Assembly: GCA_031414535.1 (NCBI GenBank)
Contig: JANNVQ010000023.1
Coordinates: 1 to 31,762 of the forward strand
Reading direction: 5' to 3'
Length of the DNA stretch: 31,762 bases
Origin: Gemmatimonas sp.
GTDB lineage: Bacteria; Gemmatimonadota; Gemmatimonadetes; Gemmatimonadales; Gemmatimonadaceae
Shown here: positions 1 to 9,191 of the stretch, piece after piece
How positions within the stretch are numbered: the stretch's first letter is position 1
Layout: each line of letters starts with the position of its first letter
The notes under the pieces: generated by a model
Database searches by the model: none
The model's input: only the letters and a program-made list of their open reading frames with translations
Told to the model about the DNA's origin: nothing
Position numbers and translations under genes: made by a program

Positions 1-88
1 GGCCACTGCAGTCCTTCCATAAAGTGGAGCAGTGGCCCCACAACCGCTACCGGCCCTGCGCTTGTCGGCAGCAAGCGTCGTTAGCGAG
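1..88 (-). mobile_element. integron attC recombination site, 5' half (remainder outside the window)
   Basis: On the minus strand, 6 nt after the stop codon of 95..1198: CTCGCTAAC (R''-like), 5-nt spacer GACGC, then TTGCTGCCGAC (L''-like), and an apical hairpin GGCCACTGC...GCAGTGGCC (1-9 / 28-36). The R''-like box is the exact complement of GTTAGCGAG preceding the gene. Confidence 0.75.
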
Positions 89-94
89 CGTGCG

Positions 95-1198
95 CTAGCG
101 CTCGATGAGTCGTGGCTCAAGCACGCGGAGCGCAATCTCACCGTCCGCGCGCTCCTCGTACTGAACCAACTGCCCGTTGGGCAACACGTGAATTACCCCC
201 GCGGGCGCGACGGCCCGGGTCACCACACGACCAGTCTGCGCGTCCAACACCTCGAGCACGACTTCATAAAGATCCTGAAGTGCCAAGGAATTGCTCCGCA
301 CCTCACCGCCGCGTGCCGAGGATGCCCACGCCGCGCGCCAAGTGACGCTCGCACGGCGTACGTACGCCACGATCCGTTCATCGTCGCGCGCGACCACCGC
401 GGCCAAGAGCGGAGGCGGCGCGACCGTCGGAGACCCGCGCCACGCGGAGGAGCGCGATGCAAACCAACTCGGCTTGCGCAGCAGAGTGAATTCAGGCGTT
501 CCGCTCTCTGACCAACGCGTGATCCGATACTCGAGTGGGTCACCCGCCCATAGGGCACGGCGCGCACCCGTCGCGAGCACAGGAAGTACGCTGACATCTC
601 CACCACCGGCACGCGGATCGATAGGCTCAAGAAATGACGCCCGCACCGTTGGAGTACCGCCGGAGAAATCCACGATGTGCACCTGGCGCGCTCCGGCTCC
701 CGCGACACGCCCCGTCATTGCAACGTGTGTGGGCCATGCGAGGACCGTCGCGGACTGGAGTGCGCCCGGGAGCGTGAACTCTCTCGCCACGCGACCATCG
801 GCTGCGACGAGCATCGCGCGATAGGAACCAGCATCCAGCACCAACACCGAGTCCCCCGGCGTCGCTGCCAGTGCCGCTGCGCCCTCAAGCTCTCGTGGGC
901 CGCGGCCGAGTCGACCGAGGCGGACTTGAAATGCGCCATCGCTCCCGAACAAGGCAGCGAGCGCCGGATACTCGGCGAGCGCATATCGTCCGCTGGGGAG
1001 CGAGGTCGCGACTATCGGTATGCCCGCGAGTTCGGCACGCTCGACGTCGAGCACTGCAATCATACGGAACTCGATGCGGCACCCCGTGCACGACAGCGCA
1101 TCGGGAATGGTGACCGTCGCGGGCTGCGCAGTCAGCGCGGTCGTCGCGAGTCCGAGCGCTACAAGCGAATACAAAATGTGTGCACATTCACGATGCAT
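95..1198 (-). CDS. secreted 6-bladed beta-propeller (NHL-like) protein, carried as a gene cassette
   Basis: 367 aa ORF with a hydrophobic signal peptide, CTGC near the N-terminus, and the 'LGRLGRGPREL' and 'GDSVLVLD' motifs typical of NHL/6-bladed propellers. Confidence 0.7.
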   Translation of the reverse strand: MHRECAHILYSLVALGLATTALTAQPATVTIPDALSCTGCRIEFRMIAVLDVERAELAGIPIVATSLPSGRYALAEYPALAALFGSDGAFQVRLGRLGRGPRELEGAAALAATPGDSVLVLDAGSYRAMLVAADGRVAREFTLPGALQSATVLAWPTHVAMTGRVAGAGARQVHIVDFSGGTPTVRASFLEPIDPRAGGGDVSVLPVLATGARRALWAGDPLEYRITRWSESGTPEFTLLRKPSWFASRSSAWRGSPTVAPPPLLAAVVARDDERIVAYVRRASVTWRAAWASSARGGEVRSNSLALQDLYEVVLEVLDAQTGRVVTRAVAPAGVIHVLPNGQLVQYEERADGEIALRVLEPRLIER

Positions 1199-1201
1199 GC
1201 T

Positions 1202-1261
1202 TGTCTCGCTAACGTGTATTAGTCAAAATTTAAGCACCCACGAATACTTACTTTGCACCCA
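1202..1261 (-). mobile_element. cassette entry site (attI-like / dif-like) with two upstream direct repeats
   Basis: Minus strand ATTTTGACTAA-TACACG-TTAGCGAGACA (1229..1202) contains the G|TT core at 1213/1212. GCACCCA is repeated at 1234-1240 and 1255-1261. The region is locally AT-rich. Confidence 0.55.
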
Positions 1262-1346
1262 GTTCCAAAACCCCGCAACTCCCTCAAACAAAACACCTTA
1301 CCCCCGACCACCTCGCGAACGCATCACCGCGTTGTCTTGCGAGAAC

Positions 1347-1365
1347 GAGGCAGTAACACTGCCTC
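1347..1365. terminator. hairpin downstream of the MFS gene, possible terminator
   Basis: GAGGCAGT-AAC-ACTGCCTC perfect 8-bp stem; no clear U-tract. Confidence 0.35.
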
Positions 1366-1407
1366 CGAAAACGGCCCGGGCCGCTAAAGCGAAATCGCGA
1401 GAATCCG

Positions 1408-3036
1408 CTAATCGATTTCCACCCCAACCGTCTCCGGTAACATCACCGCGCCAATCACAACCGTCACCGCCGCGATGATCACCGGATACCAGAGCCCCGC
1501 ATAAAAGTCCCCCGTCGCGGCGACAATCGCAAAAGCTGTCGTCGGCAAAAACCCGCCAAACCAGCCGTTGCCGATGTGGTAGGGCAGTGACATCGACGTG
1601 TACCGGATGCGTGTTGGAAAGAGCTCCACCAGCATCGCGGCAATCGGCCCGTACACCATCGTGACGAGGAGGACGAGCGCGGTCAGCACCACAATCACGC
1701 GCACCGTGCGCACCTGCGCGGGGTCTGCACCACGTGGATAGCCAACAGCATCGAGGGCCTCGGCAAGCTCTGAATCAAAGCGAGCCTTCGCGCTGTCCGC
1801 GCCGGCAGCGCCAGCATCGTACGAAGTGACGAGGCGCTCGCCAATCGTGATGGTCACGGCCTCACTCGACGCCGGCTCGTTGCTGTACGGAACTCCGCGT
1901 CGCACGAGCGCGGCCTTGGCAACGTCACAGGGCTTAGTGAACGTCGCGGTACCCACGGGATTGAACTGCACGGAGCAGCGGCTCGCGTCGGCGGCAACGA
2001 CAATCGGGGCGCGATCCACGGCGGCCGCCAATGCGGGATTCGCAGCCGCCGTCAGCGCGTGGAACAACGGGAAAATGGTCAGCGCGGCCAGCGCGCAACC
2101 ACCGAGGATCACAGGCTTCCGTCCAACCTTGTCGGACAGCCATCCAAACAGAACGAAGAATGGCGTGCCAATCAAAAGAGCGGCCGCCACCATGAGGTTC
2201 GCGTGCTGGGCCTCGACCTTGAGCGTCTGCGTCAAGAAGAACAAAGCGTAGAACTGGCCGGTGTACCACACGACGGCCTGGCCGGCTACAATGCCGAAGA
2301 GCGCGAGGAGCACGAGCCGGAGATTCGCCCACTGGCCAAAACTCTCGCGCAACGGCGACTTGGACTGCTTGCCCTCAGCCTTCATCTTCTTGAACATGGG
2401 CGACTCGTCGAGCGAGAGCCGAATCCAGGTGGAGATCCCGAGCAGAACCACCGAAAAGAGGAAAGGCAGTCTCCAGCCCCAAGCGTCGAATCGCTCCGTA
2501 CCCAACAGCACTCGGCAGCCAAGAATCACAAGCAATGAGAGAAAGAGGCCGAGCGTGGCAGTTGTCTGAATCCAGCCGGTGTAGAGGCCACGCTTCCCAG
2601 GCGGCGCGTGCTCAGCTACATAGGTGGCGGCGCCACCGTACTCACCGCCAAGCGCGAGGCCCTGAGCGAGACGCAACAACACGAGCATCACGGGCGCAGC
2701 AATGCCAATCTGGTTGTAGCTCGGCAGCACGCCCACAAGGAAGGTGGACGCACCCATCAAGACGATGGTGACGAGAAACGTATGCTTGCGACCCACGAGA
2801 TCGCCAAGGCGCCCAAAGAACACGGCGCCGAAAGGCCGCACGGCAAATCCTGCAGCGAATGCGAGCAGCGCAAAAATGAATCCGGCGGTCTCGTTCACCC
2901 CAGAGAAGAACTGCCGCGAGATGATAGCCGCGAGCGAGCCATAGAGGTAAAAGTCGTACCACTCAAAAACGGTGCCGAGTGAAGAGGCGAGAATGACGCG
3001 GCGGACGTCCTTCGTGGGAGCGATGGTCTCAATCAT
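1408..3036 (-). CDS. MFS transporter, MHS (metabolite:H+ symporter) family
   Basis: 542 aa; motifs 'ASSLGTVFEWYDF', 'GRLGDLVGRK', 'GGEYGGAATYVAE', 'ELFPTRIRYTSMSLPYH'; about 12 hydrophobic segments. Confidence 0.93.
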   Translation of the reverse strand: MIETIAPTKDVRRVILASSLGTVFEWYDFYLYGSLAAIISRQFFSGVNETAGFIFALLAFAAGFAVRPFGAVFFGRLGDLVGRKHTFLVTIVLMGASTFLVGVLPSYNQIGIAAPVMLVLLRLAQGLALGGEYGGAATYVAEHAPPGKRGLYTGWIQTTATLGLFLSLLVILGCRVLLGTERFDAWGWRLPFLFSVVLLGISTWIRLSLDESPMFKKMKAEGKQSKSPLRESFGQWANLRLVLLALFGIVAGQAVVWYTGQFYALFFLTQTLKVEAQHANLMVAAALLIGTPFFVLFGWLSDKVGRKPVILGGCALAALTIFPLFHALTAAANPALAAAVDRAPIVVAADASRCSVQFNPVGTATFTKPCDVAKAALVRRGVPYSNEPASSEAVTITIGERLVTSYDAGAAGADSAKARFDSELAEALDAVGYPRGADPAQVRTVRVIVVLTALVLLVTMVYGPIAAMLVELFPTRIRYTSMSLPYHIGNGWFGGFLPTTAFAIVAATGDFYAGLWYPVIIAAVTVVIGAVMLPETVGVEID

Positions 3037-3082
3037 CGCGGGAAGCTCGCACCCTAGGCCGCGTGGCGCTACCTCCGCTGCG

Positions 3083-4231
3083 TTAGGCGGCGCCCTTGTG
3101 GTACTGGCGCACGGCCAACGACATGATCACGAGGCCCGATGCGAAGAGTGCGCCAAGCCGAGGGAGGACGTCCATAAAGCCGGCACCCTTGAGCATCACG
3201 GCACGCATCAGCGCGATGAAGTGCATCAGTGGGTTGATTTGCGCGAGCCACTGGGCCCAGTCCGGCATCGAGCGAATAGGCGTGAATAGCCCGCTCATAA
3301 GGATGTAGACCATCATCAAGGCAAAGGCCACAAATAGCGCCTGCTGCTGCGTGTCTACCACCACAGAAATCCAGAGCCCGAGGCCCAGTGCGGCAACCAA
3401 GTACAGGGCCGCGGCGAGATAGACGAGCAGGATGGGGCCCTCGAGCGGCACGCCGAACAGTAGGCGCGCTGCGATGATGCCGACGGTGAGCTGCAACATC
3501 GCAATCATCCACAGAGGCAATAGTTTCGCAGTGATGAACGTGGCTCGCCCAATCGGCGTCACGTTCAATTGCTCCAGCGTGCCGGCCTCCTTCTCGCGCA
3601 CAATATTGAGCGCGGTCATGATGGTCCCGACGATGGTCACCAGCTGCACGAGGATGCCGGGGACCATGTAGCGGTGATAATCGAGCGTGGGGTTGTACCA
3701 GAAGCGACGTTGCACTTCGAGCCTGGGCTGTCCGGGTACGGGCAGCTTGCGTCCGGGATCAGCGCTGGCGAGCGTAGGCCGGAGGTCGGCGCTGAGTTCG
3801 GCACCATAGTCGCCGATGACGGCGCTTGCATATGACGACGCCACGCCGGCCTGCGCGCCATCCTCGGCGTTGAACGCCAACTGAACGGAGGCGCGGCGTA
3901 CACGCGCAATGTCACGCGCAAAGCCATCGGGGATGGCGAGAATCACATCTGCCCCGCGACTCATCAGCGCCTCGTCGGCCTCAGCGTGCGAGGGAGATCG
4001 GCCAGCAACCGCGAAGCGGCCACTGCCTACCAGTCTTTGCACCAACGCAGCCGATACCTCGCTGTGGTCTTGATCCACCACCCACACACGGCTCTGCTTG
4101 ACTTCAAACGTTGCGGCGTTGGCGAGGACGATGAGCTGGATAACGGGCATGATGAACAACATCCGCAGAATCACAACGTCGCGGCGAATCTGCAGGAACT
4201 CCTTTCGGAGTAGAACGCGGAGCACGCGCAT
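3083..4231 (-). CDS. ABC-2 type exporter permease (YbhR-like)
   Basis: 'KEFLQIRRD', 'WYNPTLDY..MVPGIL', 'REKEAGTLEQLNVTPI', 'SGLFTPIRSMP'. Confidence 0.9.
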   Translation of the reverse strand: MRVLRVLLRKEFLQIRRDVVILRMLFIMPVIQLIVLANAATFEVKQSRVWVVDQDHSEVSAALVQRLVGSGRFAVAGRSPSHAEADEALMSRGADVILAIPDGFARDIARVRRASVQLAFNAEDGAQAGVASSYASAVIGDYGAELSADLRPTLASADPGRKLPVPGQPRLEVQRRFWYNPTLDYHRYMVPGILVQLVTIVGTIMTALNIVREKEAGTLEQLNVTPIGRATFITAKLLPLWMIAMLQLTVGIIAARLLFGVPLEGPILLVYLAAALYLVAALGLGLWISVVVDTQQQALFVAFALMMVYILMSGLFTPIRSMPDWAQWLAQINPLMHFIALMRAVMLKGAGFMDVLPRLGALFASGLVIMSLAVRQYHKGAA

Positions 4232-5346
4232 CAGTCCAATCTCACCGAGAACTTGCGGATAGCCAGCGACATCATCGCCGCGAACATCCCGGCGAGCACG
4301 GCGAACTGGAGCCAGAGCTCAGGAAAGCCGGCACCCTTGAGCATCACACCACGGGAGATTTCCACGAACCAGCGGGCTGGCACGATGTTAGACACCAGCT
4401 GTAGCGGCGCAGGCATAGAGTTGATGGGGAAGATCATCCCGCTAAGCAGCGTGCTTGGCAGCATGGTGCCGCCGAGTGCGGCGAGCATCGCAGCGAGCTG
4501 GGTGCGCGTGCTGGCGGCGATGAGTACGCCCAATGACAGGCCGACCAGCGCATAGAGCGTGCTGCCGGCGAGCAGAAGCGCCAGCGAACCTCGGAAGGGC
4601 ACGCCGAACACCAGCCATGCGGCGACGAGCACTGAAACCACGTTGATGAATGCAAGAATCATGTACGGCGCCACCTTGCCGACGATAATCTGCCAAGGGT
4701 GCAGGGGAGACACCAAGAGAATCTCGAGTGTGCCGCGCTCCTTCTCTCGCGAGAGTGAAATGGCGGTCATGAGCGCCGTGACGATGGTCAGGATGAGCGC
4801 AATCAGTCCGGGTACGAAGAGGTTCACGCTCTCGAGCGTGGGGTTAAAGCGCATCCGGATGCGTGGTTCAATCACCACGCCGCTGCCACGCCCGCCGAGG
4901 TCCCTTTGCCAAGCGGTGATGGCGGCGAGCACGTGCGCTTGCATAGTGCTGCCGGTGTTGGGGTCCGAAGCGTCAGCAATCACCTGCATCTGCGCCACGC
5001 GCCCCGTGCGAATGCCCTCGGCCAATCCCGGGGCAATCACGAGAGCGACATCGGCCTTGCCAGCGCGAAACGCGGCGGCAATCGAACCAGAGGCCGGATT
5101 AGCAGGAATGAGCGTGAAGCGACCGTTGCGCTCAAACCGGGTCCGCAGTTCGGCGGTCGCAGCGTCGGGTTGCTGCTCGACATAGACTAAACGGATATCG
5201 CGTACGTCCGTGCGCAGCGCGAAGCCGAAGAGCGTGACCTGCGCGATGGGCAGCGCGAGCAGAATCACCAGCGTCTGCCGATCACGCAGGATGTGCCGAA
5301 TCTCCTTCCATATAAAAGAGCGCAGCGCAACGAGGGCTTGATTCAC
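4231..5346 (-). CDS. ABC-2 type exporter permease (YbhS-like)
   Basis: 'KEIRHILRD', 'FNPTLES..FVPGLI', 'REKERGTLEILLVSP'; overlaps both neighbours. Confidence 0.9.
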   Translation of the reverse strand: MNQALVALRSFIWKEIRHILRDRQTLVILLALPIAQVTLFGFALRTDVRDIRLVYVEQQPDAATAELRTRFERNGRFTLIPANPASGSIAAAFRAGKADVALVIAPGLAEGIRTGRVAQMQVIADASDPNTGSTMQAHVLAAITAWQRDLGGRGSGVVIEPRIRMRFNPTLESVNLFVPGLIALILTIVTALMTAISLSREKERGTLEILLVSPLHPWQIIVGKVAPYMILAFINVVSVLVAAWLVFGVPFRGSLALLLAGSTLYALVGLSLGVLIAASTRTQLAAMLAALGGTMLPSTLLSGMIFPINSMPAPLQLVSNIVPARWFVEISRGVMLKGAGFPELWLQFAVLAGMFAAMMSLAIRKFSVRLD

Positions 5347-6092
5347 GCGGCCGCTCCGCTGCCGCGCGCGAGGCGCACGAAGACTTCGTCGAGCGTGCTG
5401 GTATCGAACTGCGCCTTGAGTTCAGATGGAGTCCCGAGCGCGGCCACGTGGCCGTCCACCATGATCGCCACGCGGTCGCAATACTCGGCTTCGTCCAAAT
5501 AGTGCGTGGTGACGAATACTGTGGTGCCGCGAGTGGCTGCGGCGTAGATCATTTCCCAGAACGCGCGACGCGTAAGCGGGTCTACGCCGCCGGTGGGCTC
5601 GTCCAGAAACACCACGCGCGGCTCATGGAGCAGTGCCACAGAGAACGCGAGCTTCTGCTTCCAGCCCAGCGGCAACGAGGCCACCAGCGAGTCGGCGTTG
5701 GCGTCGAGCTGGAGCTCGGTGATGAGCCGGCCACCGCGTGTCGCAATCTCTGCGTCGCTCAGTCCATAGATCCCGCCGTAGAGCGCGATGTTCTCTCGGA
5801 TGGTGAGATCGTCGTACAGTGAGAACCGCTGGCTCATGTAGCCAATGCGCTGGCGCACTTCCTCCGACTGCGTGGCCACATCAAAGCCAGCCACGCTGGC
5901 GCGGCCGCCGCTTGGCGCGAGCAGCCCGATCAGCATGCGGATGGCGGTAGTCTTGCCAGCGCCGTTTGCACCGAGGAAGCCGAACACCTCACCCTGTGCC
6001 ACGCTGAAGCTGATGGCGTCGACGGCCGTAAAATCACCGAACTGACGCGTCAAACCGTCCACGGTAATGGCGGCCTCTGGCATGGCACTCAC
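5343..6092 (-). CDS. ABC transporter ATP-binding protein
   Basis: Walker A GANGAGKT, degenerate signature LPLGWKQK, Walker B VVFLDEPT. Confidence 0.93.
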   Translation of the reverse strand: MSAMPEAAITVDGLTRQFGDFTAVDAISFSVAQGEVFGFLGANGAGKTTAIRMLIGLLAPSGGRASVAGFDVATQSEEVRQRIGYMSQRFSLYDDLTIRENIALYGGIYGLSDAEIATRGGRLITELQLDANADSLVASLPLGWKQKLAFSVALLHEPRVVFLDEPTGGVDPLTRRAFWEMIYAAATRGTTVFVTTHYLDEAEYCDRVAIMVDGHVAALGTPSELKAQFDTSTLDEVFVRLARGSGAAA

Positions 6093-7033
6093 GCCGCCAC
6101 TCCGGGCGCTTCGCCCATGAGCTCAATAAATGCGTCTTCAATTCCCGGCGCGATGCTCACGACGCGGGCATCGCTGAAGCCGGCGTTCAAGAGGTGCGCG
6201 CGCAGTGCAGCCTCCAACTCAGACGGGGCGAGCTCCACGCGCGCGTCGCTGAAGTGCACGTCCTCGCCGAAGGGCAGGGCCGAACCCAAGTGGGGGTACT
6301 GGCGCAGGGCGTCGAGCAATGCCGCACGACGACTCGCGCGCACGGCAAAGAGCGGGCGAGGGAAGCGTCCGCCAATCGCGGCCGGCGCATCAATGGCGAG
6401 CACCCGCCCCTGCTGCACCAAGGCCACGCGATCGCAGCGCGATGCCTCGTCCATGTAAGGCGTGGAGACGACGATTGTCAGTCCATTGCGGCGGAGTTCG
6501 TGTAGGAGGTCCCAGAACTCGCGACGCGACACCGCGTCCACACCCGTGGTTGGTTCGTCGAGCAGCAGGAGGTCTGGCCGGTGTACCAGCGCGCACGACA
6601 GAGCGAGTTTCTGCTTCATGCCTCCCGAGAGTGCCGCTGCTCGCCGATCCTTAAAGCGCTCAATCTGCGAGTAGATGGGCGCAATCAGATCGTAGCCTTC
6701 CTTCACCGTGGTGCCAAACACCGACGCGAAGAATTGCAGGTTCTCCGCAACCGAGAGATCGCCGTAGAGCGAGAAGCGCCCAGGCATGTAGCCGACACGG
6801 GAGCGAATAGCCCAGAGGTCGCGCACCACATCGTGGCCAAGCACGCTGGCGGAACCGCCGTCGGGGAGGAGCAAGGTGGTGAGGACACGAAATAGCGTCG
6901 TTTTTCCGCCGCCATCGGGACCAACAAGCCCATACAACTCAGCCTCGTTCACGGACAGCGACACGCTGTCCAGTGCGGTAGTGGTCCCGAAGCGCTTTGT
7001 CACATTGTCAACAACAACGGGCAACGCGCTCAC
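6089..7033 (-). CDS. ABC transporter ATP-binding protein
   Basis: Walker A GPDGGGKT, signature LSGGM, Walker B LLLLDEPT. Confidence 0.93.
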   Translation of the reverse strand: MSALPVVVDNVTKRFGTTTALDSVSLSVNEAELYGLVGPDGGGKTTLFRVLTTLLLPDGGSASVLGHDVVRDLWAIRSRVGYMPGRFSLYGDLSVAENLQFFASVFGTTVKEGYDLIAPIYSQIERFKDRRAAALSGGMKQKLALSCALVHRPDLLLLDEPTTGVDAVSRREFWDLLHELRRNGLTIVVSTPYMDEASRCDRVALVQQGRVLAIDAPAAIGGRFPRPLFAVRASRRAALLDALRQYPHLGSALPFGEDVHFSDARVELAPSELEAALRAHLLNAGFSDARVVSIAPGIEDAFIELMGEAPGVAA

Positions 7034-7923
7034 GGTGTGGACTCGAGCGTTACGTCGCCGGGCATGCCAATCTTGAGCCGTCCCTCGGCGTCGCGCACTC
7101 GCACCTTCACCGCATACACGAGGTCGGCGCGCTCGTCACGCGTCTGTACGGGCGTCGGTGTAAACTCGGCGCGTGACGAAACCCACGCGATCTCTCCGGG
7201 GAATGGCATCAGCGAGCCATCTATCGAGACGCGTACCGTGACCTGCTGTCCAAGCTTGAAGGTGCCGAGCTGATCGCCGCTCACGTAAGCACGCAGGGTC
7301 AGCGAACTGAGGTCAGCGATGGCAAACAGCGCCTGCCCCGGCTGCACGGACTCTCCAGCTCGTGCATAGGTGGTTAGCACAGTGCCGGCAATCGGCGCGC
7401 GCACCAGCGCACGCGAGAGTCGGTCCGTGACTGCGGCAATTCGTGCATCGGTGGCTGCGAGTTCAGCGCCGAGTGAAATGGTGGAGGCGGCCAACGCGTC
7501 GCGCTGCGAGCTCAAAACGCGCACTTCGCGCTCGGCGCCATCAAGCTGTTGAGCGGTGGCTGCATCACCCTCGCGGAGGCGCGTGGTGCGTCCGAGTCCT
7601 CGCAGGGCAATCTCCAACTGCGATTCCACTGAGGCACGCTGCGCGGCCAATTCATTGCGCCGCGAGACAATCACGTTGCGCTGGGCGGAGAGTTGCTGCC
7701 GTTCAAGCACCAGCGGTGTGGTGTCCACCACCGCGGCGAGTGCACCAACGGTAAGCTCTTGACCTTCGACGGCGTCAAACCGGAGCAGTGGCCCGCCAAC
7801 CTGTGCGGACACCACCACTTCCTCGCCTTCGAAGTTTCCATAGGCATCCGGCTCGCTCTCGGTATTGCAACCGAGTGCGCTGAGCACCACTGCGCTAGTC
7901 AGGAGAAATGAAAGGGGGCGCAT
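7030..7923 (-). CDS. HlyD-family periplasmic adaptor (YbhG-like), lipoprotein
   Basis: Lipobox-like SALGC, 'YGNFE', 'AEFTPTPVQTRDER..LVYAVKV', 'LKIGMP'. Confidence 0.9.
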   Translation of the reverse strand: MRPLSFLLTSAVVLSALGCNTESEPDAYGNFEGEEVVVSAQVGGPLLRFDAVEGQELTVGALAAVVDTTPLVLERQQLSAQRNVIVSRRNELAAQRASVESQLEIALRGLGRTTRLREGDAATAQQLDGAEREVRVLSSQRDALAASTISLGAELAATDARIAAVTDRLSRALVRAPIAGTVLTTYARAGESVQPGQALFAIADLSSLTLRAYVSGDQLGTFKLGQQVTVRVSIDGSLMPFPGEIAWVSSRAEFTPTPVQTRDERADLVYAVKVRVRDAEGRLKIGMPGDVTLESTP

Positions 7924-9191
7924 CAGTGAATCTCCTGGCCAAGCGTGGTGAGGAATCGGGCGCGGGCCTCGGCGAGGCGCACGCGGTGTAGGGCGCGCGA
8001 AATGTTCGCGCTGAGAAGGTCGGTCTCGCGGTCCACGAATTCGGCGGCCGTGATGCTGCCTTCGCGAAAGCGCAGGCGTGCTTCGTCGAGCACCTGCTGA
8101 TGCAGCGCGATGATGGCGTCGTCGCTGCCGAGGGTGCGCTCAAGGCGGTCAATCGCGGCGATGTCGCGCGCGACGGCGCGCTCGAGTTGTGCGGTGAACT
8201 GCTCTTCGTCGCGCGTGACAATCTCGGATTGCAGGCGCTGTACTTCTTGGTCGCGGCCGGAGGCGCCCCAGGCGGATGGCGTCCATTCAACTTGCAGGCC
8301 AGCAATCCAATACGACTGGAAATCGCGCGCCAGAGGGTTGATGCCCGGCCGCCCGTATCCCGTGCGCCCGAAGGCGGTGAGCCGCGGAAGGTTGGCCCTT
8401 GCGCTGCTGCGTTCGCGCGCTGAGAGTAGCTCGCGAGTCCCGGCGAATTGTGCATACTCTGGACGCAGGCGGCTTGACGTCAATGAATCGCGCAGAGCGA
8501 TGGCGGCGGTACGCAGATCTGGCAGCGCGAACGTGGCGTTGGCTTCAATGCGCGTGCCGGTCAGTGAGGCAAGCACGCTCAAGGTGGCCAGACGGTCGGA
8601 CTCGAGTGCGTCCAGCGTCTGGCGCCGGCGTAAGAGTTCGGCGTCGAGCATCGCGGATTCGCTCGCGAGTGCGGCGCCCGCTGCCACGCGCGTGCTGGCA
8701 AGGCGACGCTGCGCTTCGAGGTCAGTGAGCGCGGCTAGGAGTGTACTCCGCTCGGCGTCCAATGCGATGATTGTGAAGAAGGCATCGTTCACCGCTTGGC
8801 GCTGCTGCCATAGCGTGGAGCGCACGCGGGCTTCGGCTTCGCTGAGTTGCGCGTCTTCAATGTCGCGCCGCGCGCCGCGCGTGGGATCCAAGAGACGTTG
8901 ACGCACGGCGAGATACGCATCGTACTGCTGGAAGGGCACCATCGGCGCACCACCGATTCTTGGGACGTCCGAGACGTACTGGCCCGTGGCCAGGCCGCTG
9001 ACGGTTGGGAGCAGCTCGGTGTTGAGTGTGCGCGTACGCAGCGCCGATTGCTGGGCAATAAGCGGCAACTGCGCGCTACGACGGTCCGTGCGCTCCATTG
9101 CGGAGAGCAGGGAGGGCAGTCGCAGGGAATCCACCTGCGCACGCGTGACTGAGGGCAGTAGCAGTAGAGAAAAGAGCAGAATGTGCTTCAT
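7923..9191 (-). CDS. TolC-family outer-membrane efflux protein
   Basis: Signal peptide, long helical segments, 'GYGRPGIN' motif, position within an efflux operon. Confidence 0.85.
   Translation of the reverse strand: MKHILLFSLLLLPSVTRAQVDSLRLPSLLSAMERTDRRSAQLPLIAQQSALRTRTLNTELLPTVSGLATGQYVSDVPRIGGAPMVPFQQYDAYLAVRQRLLDPTRGARRDIEDAQLSEAEARVRSTLWQQRQAVNDAFFTIIALDAERSTLLAALTDLEAQRRLASTRVAAGAALASESAMLDAELLRRRQTLDALESDRLATLSVLASLTGTRIEANATFALPDLRTAAIALRDSLTSSRLRPEYAQFAGTRELLSARERSSARANLPRLTAFGRTGYGRPGINPLARDFQSYWIAGLQVEWTPSAWGASGRDQEVQRLQSEIVTRDEEQFTAQLERAVARDIAAIDRLERTLGSDDAIIALHQQVLDEARLRFREGSITAAEFVDRETDLLSANISRALHRVRLAEARARFLTTLGQEIH

Noticed and set aside
1202..1229. Chromosomal dif at the replication terminus
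   Set aside because: Not called: the match is partial, one arm belongs to the cassette, and the orientation of rpsL 30 kb away argues against a terminus here. GC skew is needed to decide.
1381..1411. CCGCTAA direct repeats as extra recombination core sites
   Set aside because: They are only 7 bp, lack the AAC/GTT core, and one copy includes the MFS stop codon; probably chance.
5343..7033. Split or pseudogenised double-NBD ATPase
   Set aside because: Both ORFs have their own Walker motifs and a clean 4-nt overlap; two separate ATPases are ordinary for this operon type.
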